A stretch of DNA of 36,039 nucleotides, taken from Candidatus Hydrogenedentota bacterium (lineage in GTDB: Bacteria > Hydrogenedentota > Hydrogenedentia > Hydrogenedentales > SLHB01). Numbering within the stretch: position 1 is the first letter of the stretch; the number at the start of each line of letters is the position of its first letter. The notes beneath the pieces were generated by a model. The model saw only the letters and a list, made by a program, of their open reading frames with translations, was not told the DNA's origin and searched no databases. Shown one piece after another: positions 18,125-25,925 of the stretch. Where the stretch lies: the NCBI GenBank assembly GCA_029974275.1, contig JARKSN010000093.1:1-36039 (forward strand), in the 5' to 3' direction. A program made the translations under genes and the position numbers.

Positions 18125-18661
18125 ATGATACAGGGACTTCACACTTCCATACGAACGGCGGAACTCGACGACCTCGGCATGCTGAGCCAATTTTACGATC
18201 CGGAGCGTCCGCGTTCTCTTTATCTCGATCGACGATGCGAAGTATACTGTCCCACCAAGGACGAATTGCGCGAGATGCTGACGCGCCCGGATGTGCGCGC
18301 TTCGCTCGGATTCTTGGTCGTGGAGGACGCCGAGGGCGTAATCCGGGGTTTTTGCGCTCTGCGAGGCATCACCCAGGAAGCCGCGTTGGCGGATATGTTG
18401 CTGGGTTTTTTGGCCCCCCTCGATTTCGCCACGCCCGTGGCAGAGGAGACGTTCGCGTATCTCAAGCGCCGGGTCTTTACGGAACTGCGTCTGGAAAAGC
18501 TCATGGCGCGCTGCTTGGATTTCGAGAGCGAATATCGGCAATTCCTGATGCAGCAAGGCTTCACGAGCGACGGCGTGCAACGTGAAGTCGTGTATGCGAT
18601 GGGCGCCTACCACGACCTCGAGAGTTTCACGCTCGTTAAACAACCGGAGAGGACAGACTGA
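18125..18661 (+). CDS. RimJ/RimL-type GNAT N-acyltransferase (divergent)
   Basis: IRTAELDD N-terminus; VFTELRLEKLMA..GFTSDGVQREVVYAMGAYHD C-terminal signature. Confidence 0.75.
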   Translation: MIQGLHTSIRTAELDDLGMLSQFYDPERPRSLYLDRRCEVYCPTKDELREMLTRPDVRASLGFLVVEDAEGVIRGFCALRGITQEAALADMLLGFLAPLDFATPVAEETFAYLKRRVFTELRLEKLMARCLDFESEYRQFLMQQGFTSDGVQREVVYAMGAYHDLESFTLVKQPERTD

Positions 18662-18662
18662 C

Positions 18663-19298
18663 ATGGCGCTCAAAACCGGCATGTTCCTGCGCAGGGCCGA
18701 GCGGGATGACATGGATACGGTGGTCACCTGGATGGACGATCCGGATTTTCTGCATTTTTTGTATGGCGATCCCGTCCGATCTCCGAAGCAAATCCGCGAA
18801 CATCTTACGGCCGTTCTCGGTCGTAACGCTCCCAACACCGTGCCGTCTGGAATGTACCTCATCGTGGAATCGTCCGAGCATGGACCGGTCGGTCTGGTGT
18901 CCATTATGAACATAAGCTGGCGCAACCGATCGTGCAGTCTCGACGCCTACATCGGCAACAAGAGCCTGCGATCGGGCATGGTGGCGGGCATTTCCCTATA
19001 CCGCGCCATGGAATTCTGTTTCGACGAACTCAATCTGCACCGCATCACGACTTACATCTATTCTTTCAACAGTCCCTCGTGGAGGCTCATGGAACTGAGC
19101 GGGGCCAAGCGCGAACTTGTGATGCGCCATCATGTGCCGCGCGACGGGAAGCTGTATGACCTCTACGCGTACGGCCTGTTGCGCCGCGAGTTCGAGACTC
19201 TTCGGGAGCGACAGGCCGCTCGTTTCAAGGGGAAGTCGTTGGCGGAGATGATCGCCGCGCAACAAGAGGCCTTGGCCCAAGCGGAGACGGCCCCGTGA
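18663..19298 (+). CDS. RimJ/RimL-type GNAT N-acyltransferase
   Basis: FLRRAERDD, PVGLVSIMNISWRNRSC, FCFDELNLHRI..FNSPSWRLME, RDGKLYDLYAYGLLRREF; GGAGAGG SD. Confidence 0.88.
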   Translation: MALKTGMFLRRAERDDMDTVVTWMDDPDFLHFLYGDPVRSPKQIREHLTAVLGRNAPNTVPSGMYLIVESSEHGPVGLVSIMNISWRNRSCSLDAYIGNKSLRSGMVAGISLYRAMEFCFDELNLHRITTYIYSFNSPSWRLMELSGAKRELVMRHHVPRDGKLYDLYAYGLLRREFETLRERQAARFKGKSLAEMIAAQQEALAQAETAP

Positions 19299-20014
19299 TG
19301 CTCCTGTTGCAGGCGGCATTCTGGGGCATGCTGACGTTCCATCTTATCCACGCGCTGATGACGCACCGTGGAGGGGCGCCGGCGGCGCGCGGACGGTTTT
19401 CCAATTTCGTCCTCGTGTCCCAAACCCCCTTGTTCGTTATCGCATGCTATTTCACGGCATCCCAGGGCCTTTTTTCGCGGCAACTGGTATCGCCGCTGTA
19501 CATTGCCTTGGGGGTTGCCGCGGGACACTTGGTGTTTGGCGCTTCGCTGTTGATTACGCATCGTTCCTGGCGCGATGTCACCGCTTACTTCATCGATCTG
19601 AAGCCGATTTGGACGTTCCTCAAGGACAGTCCCCTGGTTTTCATGCGTTTTACGACGGTCGCGATCGTGGAGGAAATCATCTGGCGTTCCGCCGCCCAGC
19701 CCTTGTTGATTTCCGCGACGGGCCTTCCCCTGGTCGGCATACTTGCCGTTGCGGCGGCGTTTTGCATCGTGCACGAACATATTTTCACGAATCCCATCAT
19801 GGTCACCCTCGAGTTCCTCGGCTTTTCGCTTTTGTTGGGCGTTCTGTTTTATTTCACGCACAGTCTGATCTTGGTCATCGTGATCCATGCGGTGCGCGAC
19901 ATCGAGATCGCCTATCTTGAATATGCGGAGAAAGCGGATGAGTTGGGGGACCCGGAATTGGCTTTGCAGGAGTATGAGAAATCGTTGACCCGCCGGCATC
20001 TGGAGAAAGCATGA
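19295..20014 (+). CDS. CPBP (CAAX/Abi) family intramembrane metalloprotease
   Basis: Multiple TM segments; VEEIIWRS (EExxxR), FCIVH (FxxxH), IHAVRD (HxxxD/N); overlaps both neighbours. Confidence 0.88.
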   Translation: MMLLLQAAFWGMLTFHLIHALMTHRGGAPAARGRFSNFVLVSQTPLFVIACYFTASQGLFSRQLVSPLYIALGVAAGHLVFGASLLITHRSWRDVTAYFIDLKPIWTFLKDSPLVFMRFTTVAIVEEIIWRSAAQPLLISATGLPLVGILAVAAAFCIVHEHIFTNPIMVTLEFLGFSLLLGVLFYFTHSLILVIVIHAVRDIEIAYLEYAEKADELGDPELALQEYEKSLTRRHLEKA

Positions 20015-21027
20015 GCAGCGAATACGCCATTCACGTCGACAGTGTCGATAAGGTGTTTTACACCCGGCACTTCTTCAAACGGAATCCGGACACCAACCAA
20101 TTGAAATGGTATGAGAAACGGCATATTCATGCGGTGGACCATGTCCAGTTCGGCGTGCGGCCCGGTGAAATTTTCGGGTTGCTTGGCCCCAACGGCGCAG
20201 GCAAAACCACGACGGTCAAAATGCTCAGCGGCTTGGTGCGGCCCGACGGGGGCGCGGTGTATATCGACGGGCTCAATGTTGAAACGCGGCGCAAGCAGAT
20301 TCTCAGAAAGATCGGGGTCGTGCTCGAGGGCACGCGCACGGTGATTTGGCCGCTGACGCCGCTCGAGAACTTGGCCTATTTCGGCAATCTGCGCGATGTG
20401 CGCGGCTCCGTCCTCAAGAAACGCTCCCATGAATTGTTGGATTTCATCGGTCTGCGCGAGAAAAAAGACGTGCAGGTGCGCCGATTGTCTCGGGGGCAGA
20501 AGCAAAAACTGGCCATTTGCATCGCGCTGGTCACCGATCCGCACGTCATTTTGCTGGACGAGCCGACCACGGGGTTGGACGTGCAGAGCGGACGCAGCAT
20601 CAAAGAGAAAATCATCGAGATGACCCGCATGCACGGCAAGAGCGTTCTCGTGACCACGCATGACATGCATGTGGCCCAGGAACTGTGCGATCGCATCGGC
20701 ATTATTGATCGGGGCAAGCTGATTGCGTGCAAGACCACCGAGGAGATGCTGACGTTGAGCGGCGACCTCGTCTATGAGGTTCGTGTTGATCGCCCCCTCT
20801 CCCCCACGCTGCTCGCGGATATCGAAGGGGTGATTTCCGCCCGGGAATTGCCCGACGGCGAGGGATTCGGATGCGCGGTGCGGCTTGCGGCTGACGACGA
20901 ATCCCGTTCGCGCGCATTGTATGGCGTCATGGATCGTCTCAAGGCCAACCACTATAGGCTTCTTTCGATCGATCGCCACAAGCAAATGCTGGAAGACGTG
21001 TTCCTTAAACTTACGGGCGGCGCGTAG
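20011..21027 (+). CDS. ABC-2-type exporter ATP-binding protein
   Basis: GPNGAGKTT, LSRGQKQK, LLDEPTTGLD, TTHDM, C-terminal LEDVFLKLTG. Confidence 0.93.
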   Translation: MSSEYAIHVDSVDKVFYTRHFFKRNPDTNQLKWYEKRHIHAVDHVQFGVRPGEIFGLLGPNGAGKTTTVKMLSGLVRPDGGAVYIDGLNVETRRKQILRKIGVVLEGTRTVIWPLTPLENLAYFGNLRDVRGSVLKKRSHELLDFIGLREKKDVQVRRLSRGQKQKLAICIALVTDPHVILLDEPTTGLDVQSGRSIKEKIIEMTRMHGKSVLVTTHDMHVAQELCDRIGIIDRGKLIACKTTEEMLTLSGDLVYEVRVDRPLSPTLLADIEGVISARELPDGEGFGCAVRLAADDESRSRALYGVMDRLKANHYRLLSIDRHKQMLEDVFLKLTGGA

Positions 21028-21052
21028 CAGCGGCAAAGGAGTTTTTGCGCTC

Positions 21053-21982
21053 ATGGGTCTCTTTCTTGTGTTGAAAGCCGAGGTTGTACGAAGCCTCATT
21101 ACGATGCGCCGGTATTGGCTTGCGTCCCTGATCGGTCTCATCATCGGCTATGGCATGCTCATCGCGCTGATTTGGGCCTTTACCACTGGCGGCCAAAGCG
21201 CGGTGGGCGAGAAGATCAAGGAGGGCGTCACCTCGCGGGTCGTGGGCAGCGCGTCCCTGGAGGCGCCTCCCGAATCTTCCGGAACGGACGGGGAGCCTGT
21301 CGCCGTTCCCAAGCCTTCCGAATCCCCCAAGGAACGGGGCACGAAGATCATGAACGGCGTGTTGGGCTTGCTCATCGGGCTTTTCGCGTTTAGCATCATA
21401 GGCATGTTTTCGCAAGGGCTCGCGGGGATGGCGCAAAGCGGCGAGTTGGAGCAATTGTGCATGAGCCCGCATGGGTTGTTGGGCAATTTCCTGGCGCGTT
21501 CTTTTGTGTCGGCGCTCACCAACATCCTGTCTTCGTCGATCCTGGTGGCGCTGGTGTCGATCACGATTCCCGGCGGCGCGCTGCATTTCTCCGCCGGGGC
21601 CATTCCCGCATTGCTGGCGCTCACGTACGTGAACCTGTTGGGATTCGGCTTCATGGTCGGGGGGCTGGTGTTGGTGTTCAAACAGACTGGGCAAGTGGCC
21701 ATGTTGATTCAGATCGCCATGCTGTCGATGTCGATCGCCGCCTCCAAGAGCATGAGTGAATGGCCGTTGCTCATCCGAATTGTCGCCCATATCATGCCCA
21801 TGACGGACGCGACCGTGTGTCTCAAGCTGGTGTTGTTGGATGGCGTGGGCATGCAGGTCTTCTCGTATCCCTCGTTTTTCTTCCTGTTGATCAACTGTGC
21901 GGTGTGGACGAGCATCGGCATCGCTTGCTTCAAGTTCATGGAAAATTGGAGCCGCAACAAAGGAACCTTGGGGACGTATTAG
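21053..21982 (+). CDS. ABC-2-type exporter permease
   Basis: About 6 TM segments, GELEQLCMSP motif; AAGGAG SD before ATG 21053; directly follows the ATPase gene. Confidence 0.85.
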   Translation: MGLFLVLKAEVVRSLITMRRYWLASLIGLIIGYGMLIALIWAFTTGGQSAVGEKIKEGVTSRVVGSASLEAPPESSGTDGEPVAVPKPSESPKERGTKIMNGVLGLLIGLFAFSIIGMFSQGLAGMAQSGELEQLCMSPHGLLGNFLARSFVSALTNILSSSILVALVSITIPGGALHFSAGAIPALLALTYVNLLGFGFMVGGLVLVFKQTGQVAMLIQIAMLSMSIAASKSMSEWPLLIRIVAHIMPMTDATVCLKLVLLDGVGMQVFSYPSFFFLLINCAVWTSIGIACFKFMENWSRNKGTLGTY

Positions 21983-23911
21983 ATGGGCGAGCGCGTCGCG
22001 ATTCACCGCTTCGAACTGGATGGAAGGCGGTTTGCCATCGATCCGGAGACCTGTTTTTGCTTCGAGTGCGATGCGGTGTCGTGGGACGTGTTGGAGCACT
22101 ATCCCCATGAAACCGCGCAACGCATCTATCATCTGCTGGGCGATCGCCACGACCTTAAGGAACTGTCGGAAGTTCTTGGGGAACTTGAATGGTTGCGCGC
22201 CAGTAAATCCATCCTGCCGGCCTATACCCAGGAGGAACTGCAAAAACATTTTGAGATCGATTCCGGTCTCAAGCGAGTGACGGTTCGTCTGCCGCGCGAA
22301 TCAGGCGCGTCTTCTCCTGCGCGGCGCGGCTGGTTTGTCCGCGGCGCGGCTCAGCCTGCCCCAGGCATTGCCGGGAGAGTTCAGGAAGCCGTGACGTTGT
22401 TGCTGGGACGCAGTCAAAAGCAACAAGATCTCCACCTTGAGTTTATTGAGGAGCGTTCTCGTTTCAACCCGGAGGCGCTTGCCGGATTTTGCGTTTCCGC
22501 TATGCAATCCGCCTCGCTGGCAGGCAAGAATCTTACTGTGTCGTTTCGCGTCGACGGCGTCTCGCTTGATGGCATGGGCGGCGTTCTCCACGGACACAAC
22601 GTCTCGGCTGCGATTGAGTTTCGCGAATCCGCCGATGCGGCTCGCAGCTTGGCCGCTTTTGCCAAAGCCCTGGAGTCCCGGAGCCCCGAACGCCTTGCAA
22701 AGGCGATGCAGCCTGGCGGAGAGCACATCTCGGGGCGCCTCATCGTGCAGCCTGGGCATCCGGCTTTTGGCGGCGTGGCGGCGGCATTGCACCAGGCGGG
22801 TTTTACTCTGATAGAACTCGATCTGGACGGTTCTTTCGTCGTCCATCCGGAATTGGCCCCCGATGCGATGCTGCCGGCGATGACGGAAACCGCCGTAGCG
22901 TATGCGCAGACGCTGCTCAAGGGGGCGTATTTTCGTTTAGACCCTATCGCCACGTTGTTTTGGCGCATCTATAGCGGCCTTCCCATGCGGCGGACGGACC
23001 CGATTGGGACCAACGAGCTTGTCATTGACGAGGACGGGGCGGTATATCCTTCACGTCATTTCGTTGGCCTTTCGCCGTTCCGCTGCGGTTCCGTGGCGGA
23101 AGGGCGTCTTGATAATGACCGGATCAAGCCCTATGAGGACGTGGGGGCGTTGACTACGGCTCCGTGCATTGACTGTTGGGCGCGCCATCTGTGCGGCGGC
23201 GGAACCGCGGCGGTGCATCATGCGCTCACGGGCTCCTTTCGCACGCCGCATGAGGCATGGTGCGACGCCCACCGCGCCTGGCTGGCTTCGGCGGTTTCGG
23301 CGTTCAACATGCTGTCGTCGGCGGGCGTAAGTTTCACCAACCTGTATCATCGTTTGGGGAGATTGCCCCGCCCCTCCTTGTTTGCCATGGCGCGCGCCGC
23401 GTTTCGTCCTGGCATCGGTGTGCGTCCTATTGAAGAGAGCGATGCGGACTGGCTCGTGAAGTGGGAGAATTGGAACGAGGCGACCTATTTCACGTATTCC
23501 ATAGGAGGAGCCTTGCTCACTACCAAGTATGACCGCGAAATGGATGCGGCGCATCCTTCTCTGGACGTGCAGGAAATGGTGTTGACGAAAACCGACGGGA
23601 CCGCTTTCGGGTTGGTGCGCTTGCAGCCGGAAATGCTCGACGGCGTCGTGCGTGCGCGGGTGTATCTTCGTCATGAAGCGGACTATGCCGACGAATCCAT
23701 CCGCAAAGGGTTCCGGGGGCTGCTCAAGGAGGCCTTGGGGCATCAGTCGTTGCGTCGGGCGCTGGCGCCGGCAGGCGCGCATGACGCATCCTTGCGATCG
23801 TTCCTCGAGGGATCCGGTTTTACTCGGATCGGCGTTGAACGCGAGGGGCTCTATCTGCACGGTCGCTATCTTGACGTGTGGCATTACGAGGCTGTTTCTG
23901 ACGAATTGTGA
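21983..23911 (+). CDS. Degenerate CteB/ScfB-like RRE-radical SAM-SPASM protein fused to a C-terminal GNAT domain
   Basis: N-terminus IHRFELDGRRFAIDPET..DAVSWDVLEHY (RRE-like); no CxxxCxxC; SPASM-like LVIDEDGAVYPSRHFVG..GSV..CIDCWARHLCGGG..WC; GNAT VRPIEESD..GFTRIGVEREGLYLHGRYLD. Confidence 0.8.
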   Translation: MGERVAIHRFELDGRRFAIDPETCFCFECDAVSWDVLEHYPHETAQRIYHLLGDRHDLKELSEVLGELEWLRASKSILPAYTQEELQKHFEIDSGLKRVTVRLPRESGASSPARRGWFVRGAAQPAPGIAGRVQEAVTLLLGRSQKQQDLHLEFIEERSRFNPEALAGFCVSAMQSASLAGKNLTVSFRVDGVSLDGMGGVLHGHNVSAAIEFRESADAARSLAAFAKALESRSPERLAKAMQPGGEHISGRLIVQPGHPAFGGVAAALHQAGFTLIELDLDGSFVVHPELAPDAMLPAMTETAVAYAQTLLKGAYFRLDPIATLFWRIYSGLPMRRTDPIGTNELVIDEDGAVYPSRHFVGLSPFRCGSVAEGRLDNDRIKPYEDVGALTTAPCIDCWARHLCGGGTAAVHHALTGSFRTPHEAWCDAHRAWLASAVSAFNMLSSAGVSFTNLYHRLGRLPRPSLFAMARAAFRPGIGVRPIEESDADWLVKWENWNEATYFTYSIGGALLTTKYDREMDAAHPSLDVQEMVLTKTDGTAFGLVRLQPEMLDGVVRARVYLRHEADYADESIRKGFRGLLKEALGHQSLRRALAPAGAHDASLRSFLEGSGFTRIGVEREGLYLHGRYLDVWHYEAVSDEL

Positions 23912-23972
23912 TATCGATAAGCTTGGGTGTTCCTGTTCCAAAAGTCCATAACTCGCATAAGGCAGACATTCC

Positions 23973-25886
23973 GTGATTCTATGCGCTTTGTTTTTGGCCG
24001 CTGTTGCACTAATGCTGTTGTTGTCTGATCGCGCCCATGCCGATGGCTCGGAATTCACCGTCGAGCCAGGGCCTGGACCTTTTCCATGGACGCATCTCTC
24101 TCCTCAAAACGACGCCCGCAATTTTCACTTCGCCATCCTGGCCGATCGCAGCGGCGGCATTCGCGATGGCCGCTTTGAACACATTGTCGATCGCCTCAAT
24201 CTTTTGCGCCCCGAGTTCGTTGTGCATATCGGCGACATTATCGAAGGGGCTCCCAACGATATGGCCGAAGTCAACGCGCAATGGGACGAGGCCTTTGAAC
24301 TCATCAAGCCGATCGAGGCGCCCCTCTTCATCGTACCCGGCAATCACGATGTGAATAATCTTGCCCAGGCCAAGGTCTGGGAAGAACGGCTGGGGAGGCT
24401 CTACTATCATTTCCTGTACCAAAATGTCCTATTTCTTGTGCTGCACACCGAGGACCCTCCCGGAAAGCAAATCAGCGCCGATCAAGTCGCCTATGCCGCG
24501 CGCGTGCTTGCCGATCATCCGGATGTTCGGTGGACCTTCGTGTTGCTGCACGTGCCGTTGTGGATGTATTCGCACGAGCATCGGTGGGAAGAGATCGAGG
24601 CCTGTCTTGCGGGGCGCAAGCACACCGTTCTAGCGGGCCATATGCACGAATACATCAAATACGTTCGTAACAATGCGAGCCACATCGTTCTTGCGGCGAG
24701 CGGGGCGTGGACTTTTGGACGTGGCCCGGAATACGGCGAGTTCGATCACATTACGTGGATTGCGATGGACGACAATGGCCCGCGCATCACGAACTTGCTG
24801 GTTGACGGCATCCGCAATGAAAACGTCAACACCATCGAGATGCGCAAGGCGCTCATGCCTGTGCGCCGGGGCGAGATCGTCACCTCGACGGGCGCGTGGT
24901 GTTCGGGCGATCTTTTCACGGGCGGCGCCACCCGGCTGCGTTTGTGGAACCCGCTTGATCGCCCCATGGATTTTCAACTGCTTTTGCACCCTTCGCGCCA
25001 AATGGAGCCCAGCGTCACGGCCATTGAGCGCACGCTTGCCCCGCGCGAGGATCATTACGTTGAAGTCCGCCTGCACGCCCCCTCTCCCCTTTCGTTTCGC
25101 GAGATAGACCCGCTTCGTGCGACGTGGCGCATCGCTTGTGATTTTCCGGGCCGTGAGCGCGTGCACATGCATGGCGCGCATCGTATCGTCGTCGATGGCG
25201 TCCATGTCTGTCCGCGCCGGACGTTTGATGGAGCCGTGGATGCGCAGCTTGATAAATGGGGCGAGTTGCCGTGGCGTTGTCTCGAACCCGGGCAAATCTC
25301 GCAGTGTCCTGACCAGTGGGCCGGGCCCGCGGACTGTTCGTTCCGTTTTGCCACTGCCTACGACGAGGATTACGTGTATGTCGCGGTGCGCGTGACCGAT
25401 GACGTTCCCATGTTTCGGGGACGCAAAGACCCTTGGCGCAAGGACGCCGTCATCATTCTTCTCGACGCCCGGTCGGAATCGGAGCGAACGACATTGGACC
25501 ACCGTTGGGTGAACACGGAGATGGAGTGGGAACTGGCGCGGATGTACGGACGCTACCCCGGTCCAGGGGCGTTCCGCGACTATCTGTTCTTGGGTGTGTC
25601 GTTGGGCGCGACGCCTGAGGAATGCACGATCTACGAAGAGCATTTGCAGCCTGCGGGACTGCGCTATGCCTCTCGTCTGGAACCGGGCGGCTATGCCGTC
25701 GAGGTGGCGGTTCCTGCCGCATACCTCAACGCCCGGCAGAATTATTCCTGGAACGCCTTTCGTTTGAACATCAGCGTTTTCGACTGCGACGGCAATTACG
25801 CAGGTCCTCACAAGGCCCTGTGGTGGCGACCTTCCTGGAGCAGCGCCGAGAGCGTTCCGAACCAAGGACTTTTCCGGAAAGGGTGA
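23973..25886 (+). CDS. Secreted calcineurin-like metallophosphoesterase with C-terminal CBM9/DOMON-like domain
   Basis: Signal peptide ..AHA; ILADRSGG, HIGDIIEG, PGNHD, LLHVP, AGHMH; C-terminal VDAQLDKW..YDEDYVYVAVRVTDD..DAVIILLD..YAVEVAVP. Confidence 0.8.
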   Translation: MILCALFLAAVALMLLLSDRAHADGSEFTVEPGPGPFPWTHLSPQNDARNFHFAILADRSGGIRDGRFEHIVDRLNLLRPEFVVHIGDIIEGAPNDMAEVNAQWDEAFELIKPIEAPLFIVPGNHDVNNLAQAKVWEERLGRLYYHFLYQNVLFLVLHTEDPPGKQISADQVAYAARVLADHPDVRWTFVLLHVPLWMYSHEHRWEEIEACLAGRKHTVLAGHMHEYIKYVRNNASHIVLAASGAWTFGRGPEYGEFDHITWIAMDDNGPRITNLLVDGIRNENVNTIEMRKALMPVRRGEIVTSTGAWCSGDLFTGGATRLRLWNPLDRPMDFQLLLHPSRQMEPSVTAIERTLAPREDHYVEVRLHAPSPLSFREIDPLRATWRIACDFPGRERVHMHGAHRIVVDGVHVCPRRTFDGAVDAQLDKWGELPWRCLEPGQISQCPDQWAGPADCSFRFATAYDEDYVYVAVRVTDDVPMFRGRKDPWRKDAVIILLDARSESERTTLDHRWVNTEMEWELARMYGRYPGPGAFRDYLFLGVSLGATPEECTIYEEHLQPAGLRYASRLEPGGYAVEVAVPAAYLNARQNYSWNAFRLNISVFDCDGNYAGPHKALWWRPSWSSAESVPNQGLFRKG

Positions 25887-25925
25887 ATGCCCGCCCCATC
25901 GCACGGGAGGCAAGTTACCGCGTCT

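Noticed and set aside
21983..23911. Calling this an active SCIFF/ranthipeptide radical SAM maturase, or a pseudogene
   Set aside because: There is no CxxxCxxC or GGE motif and the peptides lack Cys, so it is unlikely to be active. The ORF is intact, fused to a GNAT and selectively keeps four Cys, so it is not a decayed pseudogene.
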